64,000 nt of DNA. Source: Yuukianura sp. NJ FZ-2021. Taxonomy: Eukaryota. The stretch lies in contig CM102287.1 of assembly GCA_046563655.1 (NCBI GenBank), positions 7,378,001 through 7,442,000 on the forward strand. The letters are read 5' to 3'. Under the pieces are notes generated by a model, which was given only the letters and a program-made list of their open reading frames with translations, made no database searches and was not told the origin of the DNA. Shown here piece by piece: positions 29,001 through 44,000 of this stretch (the first letter of the stretch is position 1; every line of letters starts with the position of its first letter). The position numbers were made by a program, and so were the translations under genes.

Positions 29001-32000
29001 TCGTTGTTTCCTAGAATGAAAATCAGCCATAGCCATTCACTGGTTGGGTCAAAGGTCAAAATACCAAAAAGTCAATTATTTTTCAAAATCCCCGGCGGTT
29101 AGCAAGATTATAACTTTTGAAATGTTGAATGCTGAAACTCAGTGAATTTTTGTCATTCCTTAATTGACATGTTGGTATTTTGCTCAAAAATTTTTCTTTT
29201 TCATCTACAAAAACATCTTTTAGCTCGAGGGTGACTCGTACAACTCCGCATGAAAACCAAGAAAAACGAAAATCCGTTACGAGTTTTAACCAAAACCTCC
29301 ATAGCGTAGGGTCCTTATTTGCAAATTTCAAAAACCCTAAAATCCAAAACATCATCATCAAAATTCGCATGTTTCGTCACACAATTCTGAGTAAAAACTC
29401 CTCCCGAAACCGAAAATCTTAAACCGTAAAACACACTTCTTGGTTTCAGTGACTTTAAAAACTCAAAAATTGTGATATTTACAAAAGTATGAAAACTGCA
29501 ACCCCTCCCTTGATCCACTTCCTGCGACGTTCATTTCCGCTCACCGTCACGAGACAAAACTTCTCCAACTTAATTTACTCTTTAAAAAAGAAAAAGAAAA
29601 TGAAACGCAACATTTTAATGGACTGACTTAACTTTTGTTTAGTCCAAAATGAAAACGTGTCTTTAAGAAAATCGTGCAGATTAATAAGTCACTACAACAG
29701 AAGCAAAAGAATATGAAAGTTTAGTTATAAGTTGAATCTTGAAAGTTATGTAATACGCAAAGATAGAATGTACACAACCACTTTAACTTCATCTCTCTTC
29801 TTTTGATCTTCTCAACAAAAGAAATAAGGCAACCTCCCTTCAGCCCTATTTTCAACCTGTATTATACCAAGTATCCCTTCCCATTATTACTGTCACGACC
29901 AAATTAATACAATTACACACAGCCAGCAGCGGAAACATCTTTCAGCAAAACCTAAACGCTCACTCAACACAAATTGCATATCCCGAACAAAGCCGTGGAC
30001 ATGTCACTGCCACAACAAAGTTCTTAAGAGGAAATTGCACATTCCAATTCAGATTAAGAAATGAAGAGATTGACTCACCTTGGCTGCCACAATTGAGAGT
30101 CCAAGTCCCGTTGACATCTTATGCAACTTGATCATTTGTACTTCCGGTTCATTTCCTCTGTGTTGCATCAGACCACTGGCACTCGGAACTGATTGTTGGC
30201 TTGGCGTAGTTGCACTCATCAGATGCTGTCCACCCATAGTTTGTTTCTGTGGTACGACAGAATTTGGTGGATTCACAATGACACTTGGAGGTGACAAATG
30301 CGACGTGTTAGAATTGAGACTCAAATGGCTAAAGTTCACCGTCGTTGGAATCTGAGCTTGAATTGTATTGTTGGGATTGACCATAGCAAAGGACCGACCA
30401 CTCATTGCACTTGGGGATCTCGTTGGTTCTTGAAAAAATATTGTCCAGTATCCAGCCGAACTTGGATTTGGCGTTAGGCGACAGAATGGGAGGAGCGGTG
30501 TTAAGAATTCAATGAGGCCTGATGGCACTCCGCGTACAATGTCACACGAGTATCCGTCTTCGGGCAGCAGAAAGGCAAGACCCAGGAGCGGTTCTTCTTC
30601 GACACGAACATGTCGACCGTCTGCTCGTATCACTTCATCCACAGTGGATTCAGCCACCTAACAACACAGTTTCAAAAAGACAACTATTAGTTTCAGTACG
30701 AACACAAAATAGGCACAATGTACAACCTACCTCAGCTCAACCTTAACAAAAACGTAAAGCCTTTTTTAAGCACATCCACACTAAATCTTGCCATCTTAAA
30801 TCATTGTGTTGCTCCTTATAGCGTGTCGTCTTCAATCCTACCCTCTTATTACTCATCGCATCCCCTCCAAAAAAGAAGATGACTATTAGGAATCTCACGG
30901 TGTGCTTCTCACAAGTATTCGTACATGTACTTGTACATGTAAGTTATGCCATGAGGTAACACAATGCCTAAACACCATGACCTCATCACCAAATATCTTA
31001 CCTAACCTCGCCCCCCTGCCTCCAAATAAAATGAAACACAATGGACAAAAAGTTGATTCGGAAAGTGTGAAAAACATTACCAAAAATTTTTTCTGAAAAA
31101 CCTGACCAAAAACTTTCTCTAAAAAACCTGACCAAGAAACTTTTCAAAAAAAAGCTGTCCAAAACCTTGTCACAAAAAATCAATGCCAACCACTTCTTCG
31201 CACGAGGTTGTCCAAAAAACTTCCCCAAGCCAAATCACTCATCACTTTACACAGTTCTAAAACATATTTTTCTAGTTCAAAGGCGCATCATCATTCATCA
31301 CTCTCAGTAGTTAATCAATTGCTGAACTTTGAAACCTGATAATCTGTTGAGCTTCGCAACTTTACATCCCTGAAAGGCAACAAACGCCGACATTTACTCA
31401 TCTGCCCTACCAGTTCCAGTACAAATACAACTTCGTCACTCGTCGTCACCAGCATCTCATCTTCAACTTTTCAGAGTCAAAGAACATAAATCATGAATGA
31501 TGGGATCAACTAGGATAAAAACAAAAACTAAAAAGTCTGTTGACATTCCTATCAAATATTTCTTTGGTTTGAACTGAGAGTAAACAGATCGATCTGCGGC
31601 CAATGTCGCCTAAACATCACAACACAGTATGAGAAAATCTATCGGTTCCAGACGATTCTGCTTTCGTCGATACTTTACAAATCCACATTTGTGTATTTAT
31701 GATTCCAGCTTGCTCAGAATTCCAAAATTTCAGAAACCTAACCTATTAATTCCAAAATTTCAGAAACCTAACCACAAACCATCATGCATAATCCATGACA
31801 CAAAACAGCTTGCGCCGCCTGCTAGTTCGAATAAAATGTCCAACAGTTCTTGGTTAGATGTGCTCTTTGTTTCTGTTTCTGATGAGAACAAAGTGCTTTC
31901 CTTGTTTCATTTATTACACACCGAAATCCTATCATCTATTTTTACGATTCCCAAGCCCTATTCTACCCATGAAACACCGAAATGTCCTTTAATTCTGCTT

Positions 32001-35000
32001 GACAATTCCATTTCACCCGAACGAGTTACTCTCTCAGACATTTATGTTTCCAAGGCGTGCAACAAAACAGTTCAGACTTTCAGCGTCGCTTGACGACGCT
32101 TCAACCAATCCTATGAAAATCCAGCGAACAACATTTTACGTCTTACAAGCACAAGGACTCTACTGGGGGTCATAAGGCTATTTATTAGACTCTGACATTC
32201 AGTGCACATTCTAAACCGAACTGAAACGAAAACCTAGAGACCATTTTAGGATTAGCCCTCAAGGTTAGTCCATGTAAGGACACTGGAACAATAAAACCAA
32301 ATCTCTGGAATCATTCAAAACTAGAACATTAGAACATCAACCTCAGTTTATATCCCTGTTCAAAGCTGGCCTCATAATGATGATTACTAAAATGCTCAAT
32401 AATTGCTCGAAAACTAAACTACAAAATTCGCTAAAATTTTCTTTCCGCTTATTCACTTCATTGTTTTTTTAAAAACCACACCCGCCCTAACCAAGTAAAT
32501 CCAATTTTTTCCAAAATCCTTCAAAATATAAACTTGTTCATGCTCAATTTCCTTCTCAAACTGAATCAAATTCACCATATTTTCAATTTTTTTTTCCTTT
32601 TTAACAAAAAAAGTCCGCTCATTGTGAGAAAGTTAAAAATCTGACTTCAAAAATGCAAATCAATTGATCAGCTAACGCGGACTTTCGATTTTGCGTTTAG
32701 ACTTTTACCGAATCAATAAAATCCAAAAATGAAAGAACAGAAAATTACAAGGACCATGCAAAACCAGCAGAACAATAGAATCAAAGTGGAATAACATGAA
32801 TTGCATGAAAAGACGAAAAGAGCCACTCTTCGGATAGTACAAATTGTATTCCCATCTTACATCACAATCGTCTGACACAAACCAATTTTCTCATCACCGC
32901 AAAATGCTTTCACTATTAAGCAATTTCTTTCCTTTGCATTCCTACTTCTATCTTACTACTATCCATATACTGGCGCTGCTGATGGATTTTGTACATTCAA
33001 AATTGAAATTAGCCACATGAAGCCAATACCACCCTGCTTTTGCAAAGTACAACCAAAGCTTATTCTCACTTTCATTCGTCCTCGGGGGAATAACCTAGTT
33101 TAGCATTTTCCTTGTCAATCACTCACAACTTTGAACATTCTCCTCGCAGCAATTCCTTGCCACTATCCTACTTATGTCGTTGAGCATTCCGCAGAAGAAC
33201 AAGAACTTTAGACGAGTAATGGAGTAGGCGGCGGAGGTTAGAATACAAAATTTCCAAATTCATAAAATATTCAAAGGACAATTCCAGACTCCCGGACTCT
33301 TCTATAAAGCTCTTATGCCATTGTGTCTTAAAAGTACACATTCTTTTTGCTTTACCCGAATGACATTGTCGATGACGTCAGGAGAAATAGGGATTTCGTC
33401 CACTTCGTACTGGTACTTCATAAGAAGGCATCGCAGTTGCAGGGAATTGAGCTTGAAACAACTGTGGGCTGCTGTCGCTACTTCATCTCCATTTCTTTTA
33501 GGAGTCTAAGGAGAAAGAGAATCACAGAAATTAGCTCGTTTCTTAGCAACAGTATTTTGTACATTCTTTATGTTTAGCTCGCCTGTAACAAATGAGCAGC
33601 TTGCACAACACGGACGAGGTGACAGTCTGCTGCCAATTCAAGTCCTTGTTTCTCAGCCCAAACTTCTATACGGTTGAGTCTACGACGAATCCGGTGACCC
33701 CACGTTCTGCTACAGTAGTTTCTACCGTCCATTGAAATCACCTAAACAACCAAAACAAAATATGTATTATGGTAAATGCAAACATTTCATTCAACGAGTA
33801 AACTAAAACGTCGTACTTCTGGCTATTGTTCTGCGTAAAAAGAGATAAAATTTTCTTAAAATGAAACCATAAACATAAAGCACTTCTCGAATTTCCAAAA
33901 ACTAGAATATGAAATGAGGTTGCGTACCTTATTGAAAATGGCCATATTAATAAAATGAAAGAGCTGAGAAAAGAGTTGAATTGTAAGGGCTGCATTAACA
34001 CGGCAGCGTCGCAGAAGCGTCATTCCAGCACTCAAGACCGCCATCATCTGAAAACAAAATGTCACATTGATTAATCAGTTAAACAGAAATTACTCCGTCC
34101 TTCGTTCAAATCCAAGTTTGAAAAGCGTTGAACGCTGAAATCATTTAACCCGCAACTGCCTTACAGAAACCATTTCTACCATAAACGCAAAGATAAATTC
34201 GCGTCGGATAAACGTTTCCTACTGAATTATTTTCACTCCGCCGATTTCTAAAATTTTCGTTAAAAACATAACGCTTCTGATCCGATTATCAAAATTAGTA
34301 AGCCAAAAGTGTCACAAGAGTTATGCCACTTCAGCGTTTTCGTCGTTCTTTTTAGAAACTCCGACATTACGCTCTGACCGCCTGATCTCTTGGAAATTGC
34401 GTTGGAAAAAACTTTAAAGTCAAAACATCTTTCTTTTGATCCAGTTTCCGACAAAACTGTAAATTGGATTCCTTCTCCCGCTCACAAAATTCTTAACACT
34501 TTTCCAACAACTTTATGGATTGATCCATCGAAGAAAGTCGCTTTATACGGTAACAATGTTGCCCCTCGGATTCCATTTTTCTCTTTTGACTCTTTCATCA
34601 GAGACACACAAATATAAAAAATGCATCGGAGCCTACAAAAATTGAAGTAGTATTCTCAATTCAATTCAGGCTCCTTTGTGCTTCAGATCATAAGGAATTC
34701 AAAGTGTCAAGCCTCTGCAAATTCACTTCTGTCGTCGTATGTCATTTCAGCGCTCTCCGATTCTCCATACTTTTATTACAACAACAAAAAAACCAGCGAT
34801 TTGCACGAGGAACTTGAGAGCAAAAAAACTCCTTGATCTTCCTTGATCTTGAAATAGTATTCGGCAGCGATATTATAATTTTCGCAATAACCTGCCGTGG
34901 AACCATACGCAAAAAGAGAAAACGTTGGAATGCAAAAGACATAAAAAAAACACACCGGGAATAACAGAACAGAATCCTTGAAATACATAAACCTACTGTC

Positions 35001-38000
35001 TAAAAACAGTTAGGTTACGTCGTATTTGCTATCCGTGAATTTATGACCCCATTCACAAGCGCCACCCTCCCAGTGACAAGCTAAGTCACGCTGACGTGAC
35101 ACGCTGTAAGACTAGGGACGGGATTATGAAAAACAAGCCCTGGCACTTAAAATCCGAGAAATCAGAAAAAACGGAATTCAAAATCTAGCCGAAAAAAAAA
35201 AGAGAAAAGCCGTATATCGTAACATCGCAAAAAAGGAGAGAAAAAACAGGAAAAGACAAACCGAACTGATTGGGGTAGTAAAAACCCGTTGATTTTTAGG
35301 TCACCGAGTTACATTTCTTTTCTCTAGTAAATCCAGTTCATCCATTGACTTCTAGAAAACTAGAAAAGAAAGTAACGTCGGTTCAAATCCCCTTTCATCC
35401 ATAGGGCCAAAAAAAGTAATCTTTTTCCGGGTAAATGGTAAACTACGCCCTACATTTACTCTTCCGCCTGCAGAATTTCCAAAATTCAATCAATCTTGAC
35501 AAACAAGACAAAAAAAACGATACTGCTTTCTGTTTTCAAAAAATTCCGGATAAGTCCTGTCAAAAACCTACGACCATAAAATTCCACTCCGTTTGACTTC
35601 CTGCGTCAGCCACCACGAGGAGTGGTTGTTCCCTGACGTTGATTTTTAATTAACTTCACGCTGGGAGAGAATACAAAAACGTTTTCAAAAAACACAACAA
35701 AAGAGAAAGTACCTCCCACCTTTCGCCGAATTTGAAACCACTTTGCACGTTCATCATTATCATCATCAGAACACAACCTACTAACTAATGGTTTCTCTCA
35801 TGTGGTAAATCAACTGTACAGTACAAGTTCTATTCACTTACAGGCGCCGTGGCTATCTCATCTTCCTCGTCCTTGTCATGCATGAAAACATTCACGAGAT
35901 TCGAAATTTCCGCTTGAATACAAGTGACAAGGTGACGGAACGAGAGTTGGACAATTTCTGCCAGGACATCTTGAGCATCCAATGAAAAGGCGCCAATTTG
36001 CCTATCCGATTTGAGAAAGTGCAGGAGCTCTGACGAATTGGCCATCCAGAAGGCTAGCAGATTTGAGTCTGTGTTGCGCTCCTGGACAACTTGCATTAGG
36101 ATATGAGCCACGCGTAGAAGGAACGTGGACAACAAATGGGCTCTTTCATGTGGCGACACTTCATAGCGGAAGTGGGTTGTTGCTCGGTAGCGTGCTGCCA
36201 AGTACAGAGAGTATGTTGGAGCCAATTTGAACTGCAGGGTAGACGGTGACACGTTAACTATGACGGCAGCCAAAAATCCTTCTTCTCCTGCCTCTGGAAG
36301 TTCAAGTGTCGCTGGAAGAATGGCCATCGCGTCTTGTCGTCCACTCGTGGACCTAAAAATAAAAATTCAACAGTTGTCAGATATTGTCAAACTTTTCAAA
36401 ATTTATGCTACCCATGAAGTACTTAAATCTTCTTAGAAATCCTGTAGCTTTTACCTTGTTGTCATATTTTCATCGTGACGGGACGGACTTAGTGGAGGGG
36501 ATTGTGGTGACAGACGCCCACTTTCTCCATCGGGCTGTTGCTGATGGTGGTGCGTCAACTGAGAGTTCTCAGCTACTTCTCTACTCAAGTGCAAAAGTGC
36601 AGGCAGGAAAAAAGTCATAAAAAAACAAAAAATAAAACAATATTGAGTAAAATTAGCAACAAAAACCTACAAACCTACATTAAAAAAGTGAAACATGCAC
36701 GTCGTAACCATTTGTCAACTCAATTTTTAATTCGTTTGATGTGCGTGTGTCATGCAAGTACTAAAAACTGTAGGTTTTTCATTTGTAAAGAGAAAATGTG
36801 CCACAAAGTTTCTGCTTACTTACAAAATTGCCAACCGCAAAAGTGGCAACTCTGCGCCACCAAAACTTCAAACTTTCAACAAACCAACAAATTTTTTTGA
36901 CATCTTCGTCTTCCCTTACACAACTTCTACTTTTCCAAAAATTTCGAAAACTCAAACCGGAAATTAAGCAGGTTTCCGGCAATGATATCCGGTTTAAGAG
37001 TGTTATTTGCAAATTCTAGCACCTTATTCTAAAAAAAATTGAAAATAGTGTTACCGTTCTGAGTACGACCGTCCGCGATGCTCAAACCGAAAGTAGTGGT
37101 TTCTGCCAAACCGAAGAATAGTTCCGTGCTGGACGATAGCCGTTTCGTAGACTCTCTGCTCGTTGACGTACACATCTGAGTCCCGCGAGGAGGGCGTTAG
37201 TGTTACAATTCCATCACTATTAGAAATGACGCAGTGACGTGGCCGGAGTCCATTCAGTTGTAGTCCTCCCCAGTCACTTCCAACTTCAGTCACGTCTGAC
37301 TCAAGGGCAATTCTACGGCCAGTTTCACTACCATCTGAAAAGTATACACAGAATGTAATTGGATCCCACGTTATATATTTCAACCATCAACTGAAATCTA
37401 AGGTTGCCAAACCAGAAATTCCAAAAAGTTCAAAACACCAGCACTGCATTCCAACAACCAGAATCCTGAACTCTGCGTTTTGCCACATCCAGATCCTGTC
37501 ACTCTTAAACCTAATAGGTCCAGCAAAAAATTCGCTGGACACAACTGGAATTCAAGGTTCACGCGCCTGCGCGAATTTCTCGCCATTTCCTGGAATTAGA
37601 TGGATCTCTAAGATTATCTCAAAATTAGCAGCTACGAGTCCACCGCCACCCTAGGGACTACAAAAACCCAATTAAATTCTGATGACTTTCGTGTGCAACT
37701 TTTATGTTACAAGTCGTAACGTGTAACATCAAAACCTTCATTTTCTTTGAACAGAAATTGAACATTCGCGTCCAGAAACTGAATGGAAGTAGCCAGTATG
37801 CAATACTTCATCATTCATTGCTTGTCACAAAGGGCGAAAACAAAAAGAGCGAATGCCAAAGTTCGACCTCCTCGTTCTCCACCATCTCAAGAAGCCGAAA
37901 GAAAAATTTCATTAAATCTGGCACATATTTTTTCACTGTTGCAAAGTTGAGATGTAGCTTGACAATGAAAAAAATTCACACAATTTACTTTTAAGAGGTG

Positions 38001-41000
38001 AAAATAAGAAACATGAAACGATTGGATAAGTTGAAAATATATTCCAGATTTCATGAAAATTTTCTGGTTGATTTCATGAAAACTGGGTTGAACATTTTAA
38101 CCAGTTCTCAAAATTTCAAACTTCGTAATTGGATATTTTTGGATCAATTCATAAATAAAAAATAGCTGAATGGTCACATTTGGTTGTTTATGATTTCTAT
38201 TTTTGTTTTTATTTTCGAATGCGTCATTTGTTGCAACAACGTCAAATTTTCAATTGAACTTTCGCCTTAATTTACCAGTCTACATTACATAATAAAATCA
38301 TAAATTGTCCAACCCACATGTCAGAGAGCACCGACAAATTTGTAGCAAATGAAGACAAATGATGACTCTGCCATTTCATAATGCTTCCTTCCAGCCAAGA
38401 AAAGAAGATTCAACTTCAACAAACAATTAACGCCGCAACGTCAGCATTTCCGTCAACAAACTAATAATAATTTTTGAATTTTACATTACGTTTCCATTAC
38501 TTTCTTTGTTCTCTATCACAATTTCTCAAGTCCAAAATGATGTCAACTTTTAAACAAAATTAATTCCAAGCGTCAACTTTAAAATTTTTCTAAACTTTAC
38601 CATCAGTCATCTTAAACTTATGTTTAAAGAGATCACACTCTTGACTCTTCTAAGCCTTTTAACGCTATGTTGGTGCTGACTCACATGAAATACTGCCCAC
38701 GAGCATTCATCCAGCAAAACAAACGACAAATAAACTTCAACGGAACAAAATAAAATGAAGAAGCACTCAAGCCTTTCGCCTTTCTTTTTGCCACAAAAAC
38801 CTCAAACTCACTTTATCTTTTCCCTCGTCTTCTGCTGACACTCAACGAAAACCTAACTTTCACTCCTACTTTAGCTTTCTCCCAAACTGCAAAAAACAAG
38901 GAAGCGGAAAGGCTTTTACAAGCGACGGAAGGAAGGAAGGAAGGAAATGGCGTAATTATCCAGCAGAGGTCCCAGACATTGTAAACAAGACTTCCCTTAT
39001 GCTGCTCCTTGGCTCTTTAGCCCTAAACGTCTTCCTCCTAAATATTTAACGCCAAATCGAAAGCACTCCCCTCATAGTGTGCTTTTACTTTTTCCTATTA
39101 CGTCTAAAAATAACGTTTCTGCTTTCACGAAGTTAGGTTTTTACACTATCTGTCCATTAAGACAGTAAAAGCCTAAAATAGCAAACAGTCCAATCTACCC
39201 GCTTTTAATCAAACATCGGAAACACACACTACCATCACGAGGCCCAGCTACAGAGTCAACAAAGTTATGGTTTACGTCAAAAATACTTAAGTTTAATTCC
39301 TACTCAGGTTACGTTGATGCAAACAAAACAAACAACCGCCTGCGACTCGTAAAATTATTGGCACGGATCATGCAAGATGTGAGAGATCAGAAATTCAGAT
39401 TCAATTTTAACAGCAGAGCAATTAAACTTTCACTCTGGATGAATGGATGAATAAGCCGAAAACAATACAAGTTAAAAGAAACGTAACAAAGGTAAACGTT
39501 AAACATAACGACGTCAAGCTTTTAGCAAACACAAACTTCTTATGAAGTTTACTTTGCCAGCTTCATCATGTTAGCTTGACTTCCCAGAAAAATTATTTTT
39601 TTTCAATTTTTGAGTGTATTAAACTTTTAGTCAATTATGCAAACCAATGTTAACAATCTCAAAACTTTTTTTTTACTAGGTGCAGTTTCTAGCACAAACT
39701 TTCACTTCGTGTTTAGTTTCAGAGTTGTTCAACTCGTGTTTAACTTTAAGCTTTGTGTAAACTCTTTAAAACTTTACAGTGATTCGCTCAGCTCCACACT
39801 GTACTTTTCCCAAACTTAAAAATTCTACAGAAAAGAGAAAAAACTCGCGAAAGACTCAAAATACGGGAATTAAAAACTGAAAATTTATAAGGTTAGGCGA
39901 ACCTTTCAATTCAAGTGTATTCTTCTCTAAATTAGAGACGACTTCCCTTCTTTCACTTAAGAGCTTCTTTACTTTACAGTATCAGCGCAAGCATGTCCTC
40001 ATTAAGAAAACATGTCGCTTCGTACTTCGTCCTCCAAAATGCCTTCGCTTTGTCCCACTTTTCTTTAAAAAAGGCGAAAGGTTCACTTTTTGAACTTTTC
40101 TAAATTTTGAAGCACAAATCATTTTTGTGTCTAAATTGGCAATTTCATCTCCCTTATGGCAGTAGCCCTCATAACAAATTTCTCTTCAAAAAGTGAAGTT
40201 TCAAAAGCATGACAAAGCCAAAAAACAAACAAGAGGTTTAACTTTCTCTCATCGTAATTGGATAATACTAGTTCTACAACTAACATAACTTTAAAAAGTA
40301 CCCTCCAGCACCTCATAACTTTAGTTTTGAGTACAAAAACCAACAACTTTCTCCAGTCAAGTTAGGTTTTAGTTGTTCAATTTTTAAAAAACTGACACTT
40401 GACTTTCCCCAGCGGCTCAACTTGCAACTTATAACCGAATTACAAAAGAAATGCCAAATTCGACTTCCTTCCCCAAAAATAATAGCGTCACCGTTAATTT
40501 GATCGTACAAGATTACAGCAACGCCAGTTATTAGTTTAATTACACTCCACAGAATGCCTACGATATCACACTTTATCCGTAAAATCTACAAGTTTGTGGT
40601 TGAGTTCCGGCGATAGTGAAAGTTATGTTATGTTATGGTTCGAAATTTTATAACTTTACTCTCGGAAATGCCTCAACCCATGTGTTGGTTTTCGCACAGT
40701 AATTTGCGAAGTAAAATATAAAACGTGTTTTGCGAAGCCGAAAACTTAATCCCTTCCTGCCTCGATAGCGCAACTTTTCTTTTTACGACTAAAAAAAACC
40801 TTCTCCCTCTTTCTACATCCGCACTTTCATCAAATCTGAAACTTTCTCCATTCTTACATATTTTACACCAGAAGGTATAACAAACCGTAATCAAGAAAAA
40901 ATTAATCTAAACTTTTTTGTTTCTGAAGATTAAAAAAAACTTGCAGGACTAAACTCGCAGAAAAAATTATTTCAAAATCCAAATTTCCTACCTACATAAA

Positions 41001-44000
41001 CTTCCATAACATTTTCCACAACTACGCCAACTTTCTGTCCAATTTTCAAAATTCTATTTCTATTTCGAAACTCTATTGTATTTTTGAAACTTTCAACAAA
41101 AGAGTCCATAACGTTAAAAACGGATGTAACAGAGCACAACACCTAAATACCTTCGACAGTTACCTAACTTTAGAAAAACTTCTGTTTATGAAGCAGAAGT
41201 CAGAAAAAGTTTTGTTTATGAAGCACAAGTTGTCTGAAACGTAGGTTTCGCACCAGTTAGTTTTCACAACACCCTAGTTCATTTCATTTCGTAAAATACT
41301 TTTTCAGTTAATGAATAATTACTCATATTGACTTACCAGGAAGTAGTTCGACCATTAGTGGCTCCAACTGTCCATCATAACTGCCACGATACCCGCTTCC
41401 ACGTTCACTCTCTGATCGACGCCCGACTTTCTTCTTGCGCTTTCGTGGATGGTAGTCTGCCGGCCGGCGACGGACGTGGAACATAACAGATCCTGAAAAC
41501 CACAACGAAAAGCTAAATTAACTCTGACTTTCATTATCCAACAAACCAAACAACATTTGGCAGACGCTGCTACTCGAAAACAACATTCCATGTTCATGTT
41601 GGTAAAGTAGAAATAGAAAGTTGTCTAGAAATATTGCACTTTAGAATTTCAGGATACACACATCATTACTTTGTTTGGACTGATTTTTCCAGAAAATGCA
41701 AATTATTGGAATTGGTTTTTAGGATAACCAGTTTTACGCAGAAAGCGCTGATAAACTATACAATTACTTGCAACATTAAAATTCCGGATTCCGGTTATTA
41801 CGCGAGTATCGATTTCCATTGAACATTTCAGGATTTCGGAAGCCACAAGGAAACAAGAGCTGCGTTGAATAAGTTAAGCCTGAAGAACTATAATTTTGAC
41901 CCAAATCGTCCAGCCCATGCCCGGTAAACTTAATTTTCTTATTCCAGTATTAATATCGATAGAAAACTTGTGCCCATTAAATGTCCATTCATTTTTTGCG
42001 GATCAATTCCATTCAAATCCAACTAAAAATTAATAGAAGTCTCTTTCTTTGGGCAGCAAAAAATGGGAAAAAAATACTTCCAGTCCGATTGAATAAAATT
42101 TTAAATCGCTGTGCTAGAATTTATGAAAATATGAATATAAAATCAAAATGAAAGTCATTTGAACTAAAGAATTTAGATATTAACTCCATAAAAATATTTT
42201 ACCAAGGACAACTTCATATTGGCAATTGCGGCGACGCGTAGAAAATGACCACAACCCCATCATTTTGATTTACAGGAAACACAAAGGTCGTCGGCAGGTC
42301 AAAGGTCACAGGTCAGCAACCTGTGTCACACAACCCTACCTTTGTCCAATAGCACCAACAGTTACTCATTGAATCACAGCTCAAATCTTAGACGGTTCAC
42401 TAATTTTCCTATTGCCAGCAATAGTTACGTTCTACTGCACGTTCTGAACTAAACTAAACTTTCCCTTTTCAAATCCACTTCCGTTATTCTCCAGTCTGAC
42501 TGAGCAAACTTTTGCATTTCCTTTCTCCGATAAACTGGATTGGAGTCAGTCAACTCGCAAAGGTAAAGCCGAAAAACTTTGTTCCAGAGAAAGTTTAGAA
42601 ACAAAAACTCACCCCGTCCTGGCGGTTGGTTCATGAGAATTGACAGCGGGGACTCATCATCGTCCAGAATGCTTTCTCCTTCCCCATCACAAACCTGCGC
42701 AAAATAAAACAAAAAAAGAAAGTCAATTACTCTTAAAAACAATTCGTCAACCAGCCAAACCACGCACGCACACATAACATGTCTTTGTTTCATAAGTTAT
42801 TCGTGCAACTTGATGTATCTACGGCTAACAACAACTATACTCACGCCTCACCTTCGTACTATCCAATATCTATCAAGAGAGTGATGCCTTTTGCATGATT
42901 TTGAAATTTTAAATATTTCGAAAAAAAATGTTTTAATATTTGGATTTTTGTATCCAATGTTCAGTATTATTTTGGATTTCAAAATTAATAATAATAACTA
43001 CTATACGCAATACAAAGCGATCGATTCAAAAGGCGCATCTACCCGCATTTTCAAAAAACCCGATCCGCATTTTCCAAAAACCGGATCAGCAATTTCCAAA
43101 AACCCGTAATTTGAAACTTGCATTCATTAGCTCTACCTGTGTAGGTAGTCCTAGGTGTGTAGGTCCTCGGACTTTAGAATTTGCAAATAAAGTTAAAAAT
43201 TAGCACTGAAACAGAACCATCTTCAATTTCTTTCAAATTTGGAACTAAAATTTTGGGTGATATGAAAGAAAACTTGGAGAAAGTTTGGCAATTACGGAAG
43301 GTGGAACTCAATCTTCACTTTTCGGATTTTATCATTGAAAATGAAATCCAGAGGACAGAGAATCTAATTTTCCAACAAAGTTGTTTTGAAAACAAATCTT
43401 CAAATCAATCTACAAATGCGGGAGCGGACAATGGCATCGAGAAAATCTTTTTAACAGGTTTAAGGGAGCAGAGAAAGCTGAAGAATTTAAGATTGTTTTT
43501 CTTTAAGATGTAACAGATTGAGGAAAACTTTAATATCATTCTTTAGTTTGTTTTTTAGATTTGGAAGAGAAAACAGAGCAATGACTCATTTGGAGTTCCA
43601 AACAAATCAGAATCTCTCTTGTACACTCAATCAGTCACTGGGACTGAAGCCAATTCTAAACAAATTAAAACGAACAACTTTTTCTCCAAGTTCATGACCA
43701 AAACCATCTCTCTCGACATCATCGTTAGCATCAAAACTCTAAAAAATAGAAGAAGAATATTCTGAAACAAATGGGAAACTTCAGAAACAAAAGTGTTTTG
43801 AAGCAAAGTTAACAATTTGATTCAGAAAATCTTCTCCCGAGAAAACTTTTTAACGATGAGAAACGTAAGAGGCAAGAGAGAAAGTTCTTCAAAGTAAACT
43901 TTGAGTCTCAAGGAGGTTGATTGGTGCTTGAGGTGAGGAAACCACAAGAAACGGATTTCGCGCCATGAAAAATGTACAAAATAAAACAAAAATTCAATAA

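Noticed and set aside
31629..32093. 154-aa plus-strand ORF in an afadin intron
   Set aside because: It includes the 26-bp duplication, has non-coding-like composition and has no splice or homology support.
31079..43106. Short direct repeats as CRISPR-like arrays
   Set aside because: Only 2-3 adjacent copies, no unique spacers, no cas genes and a eukaryotic context.
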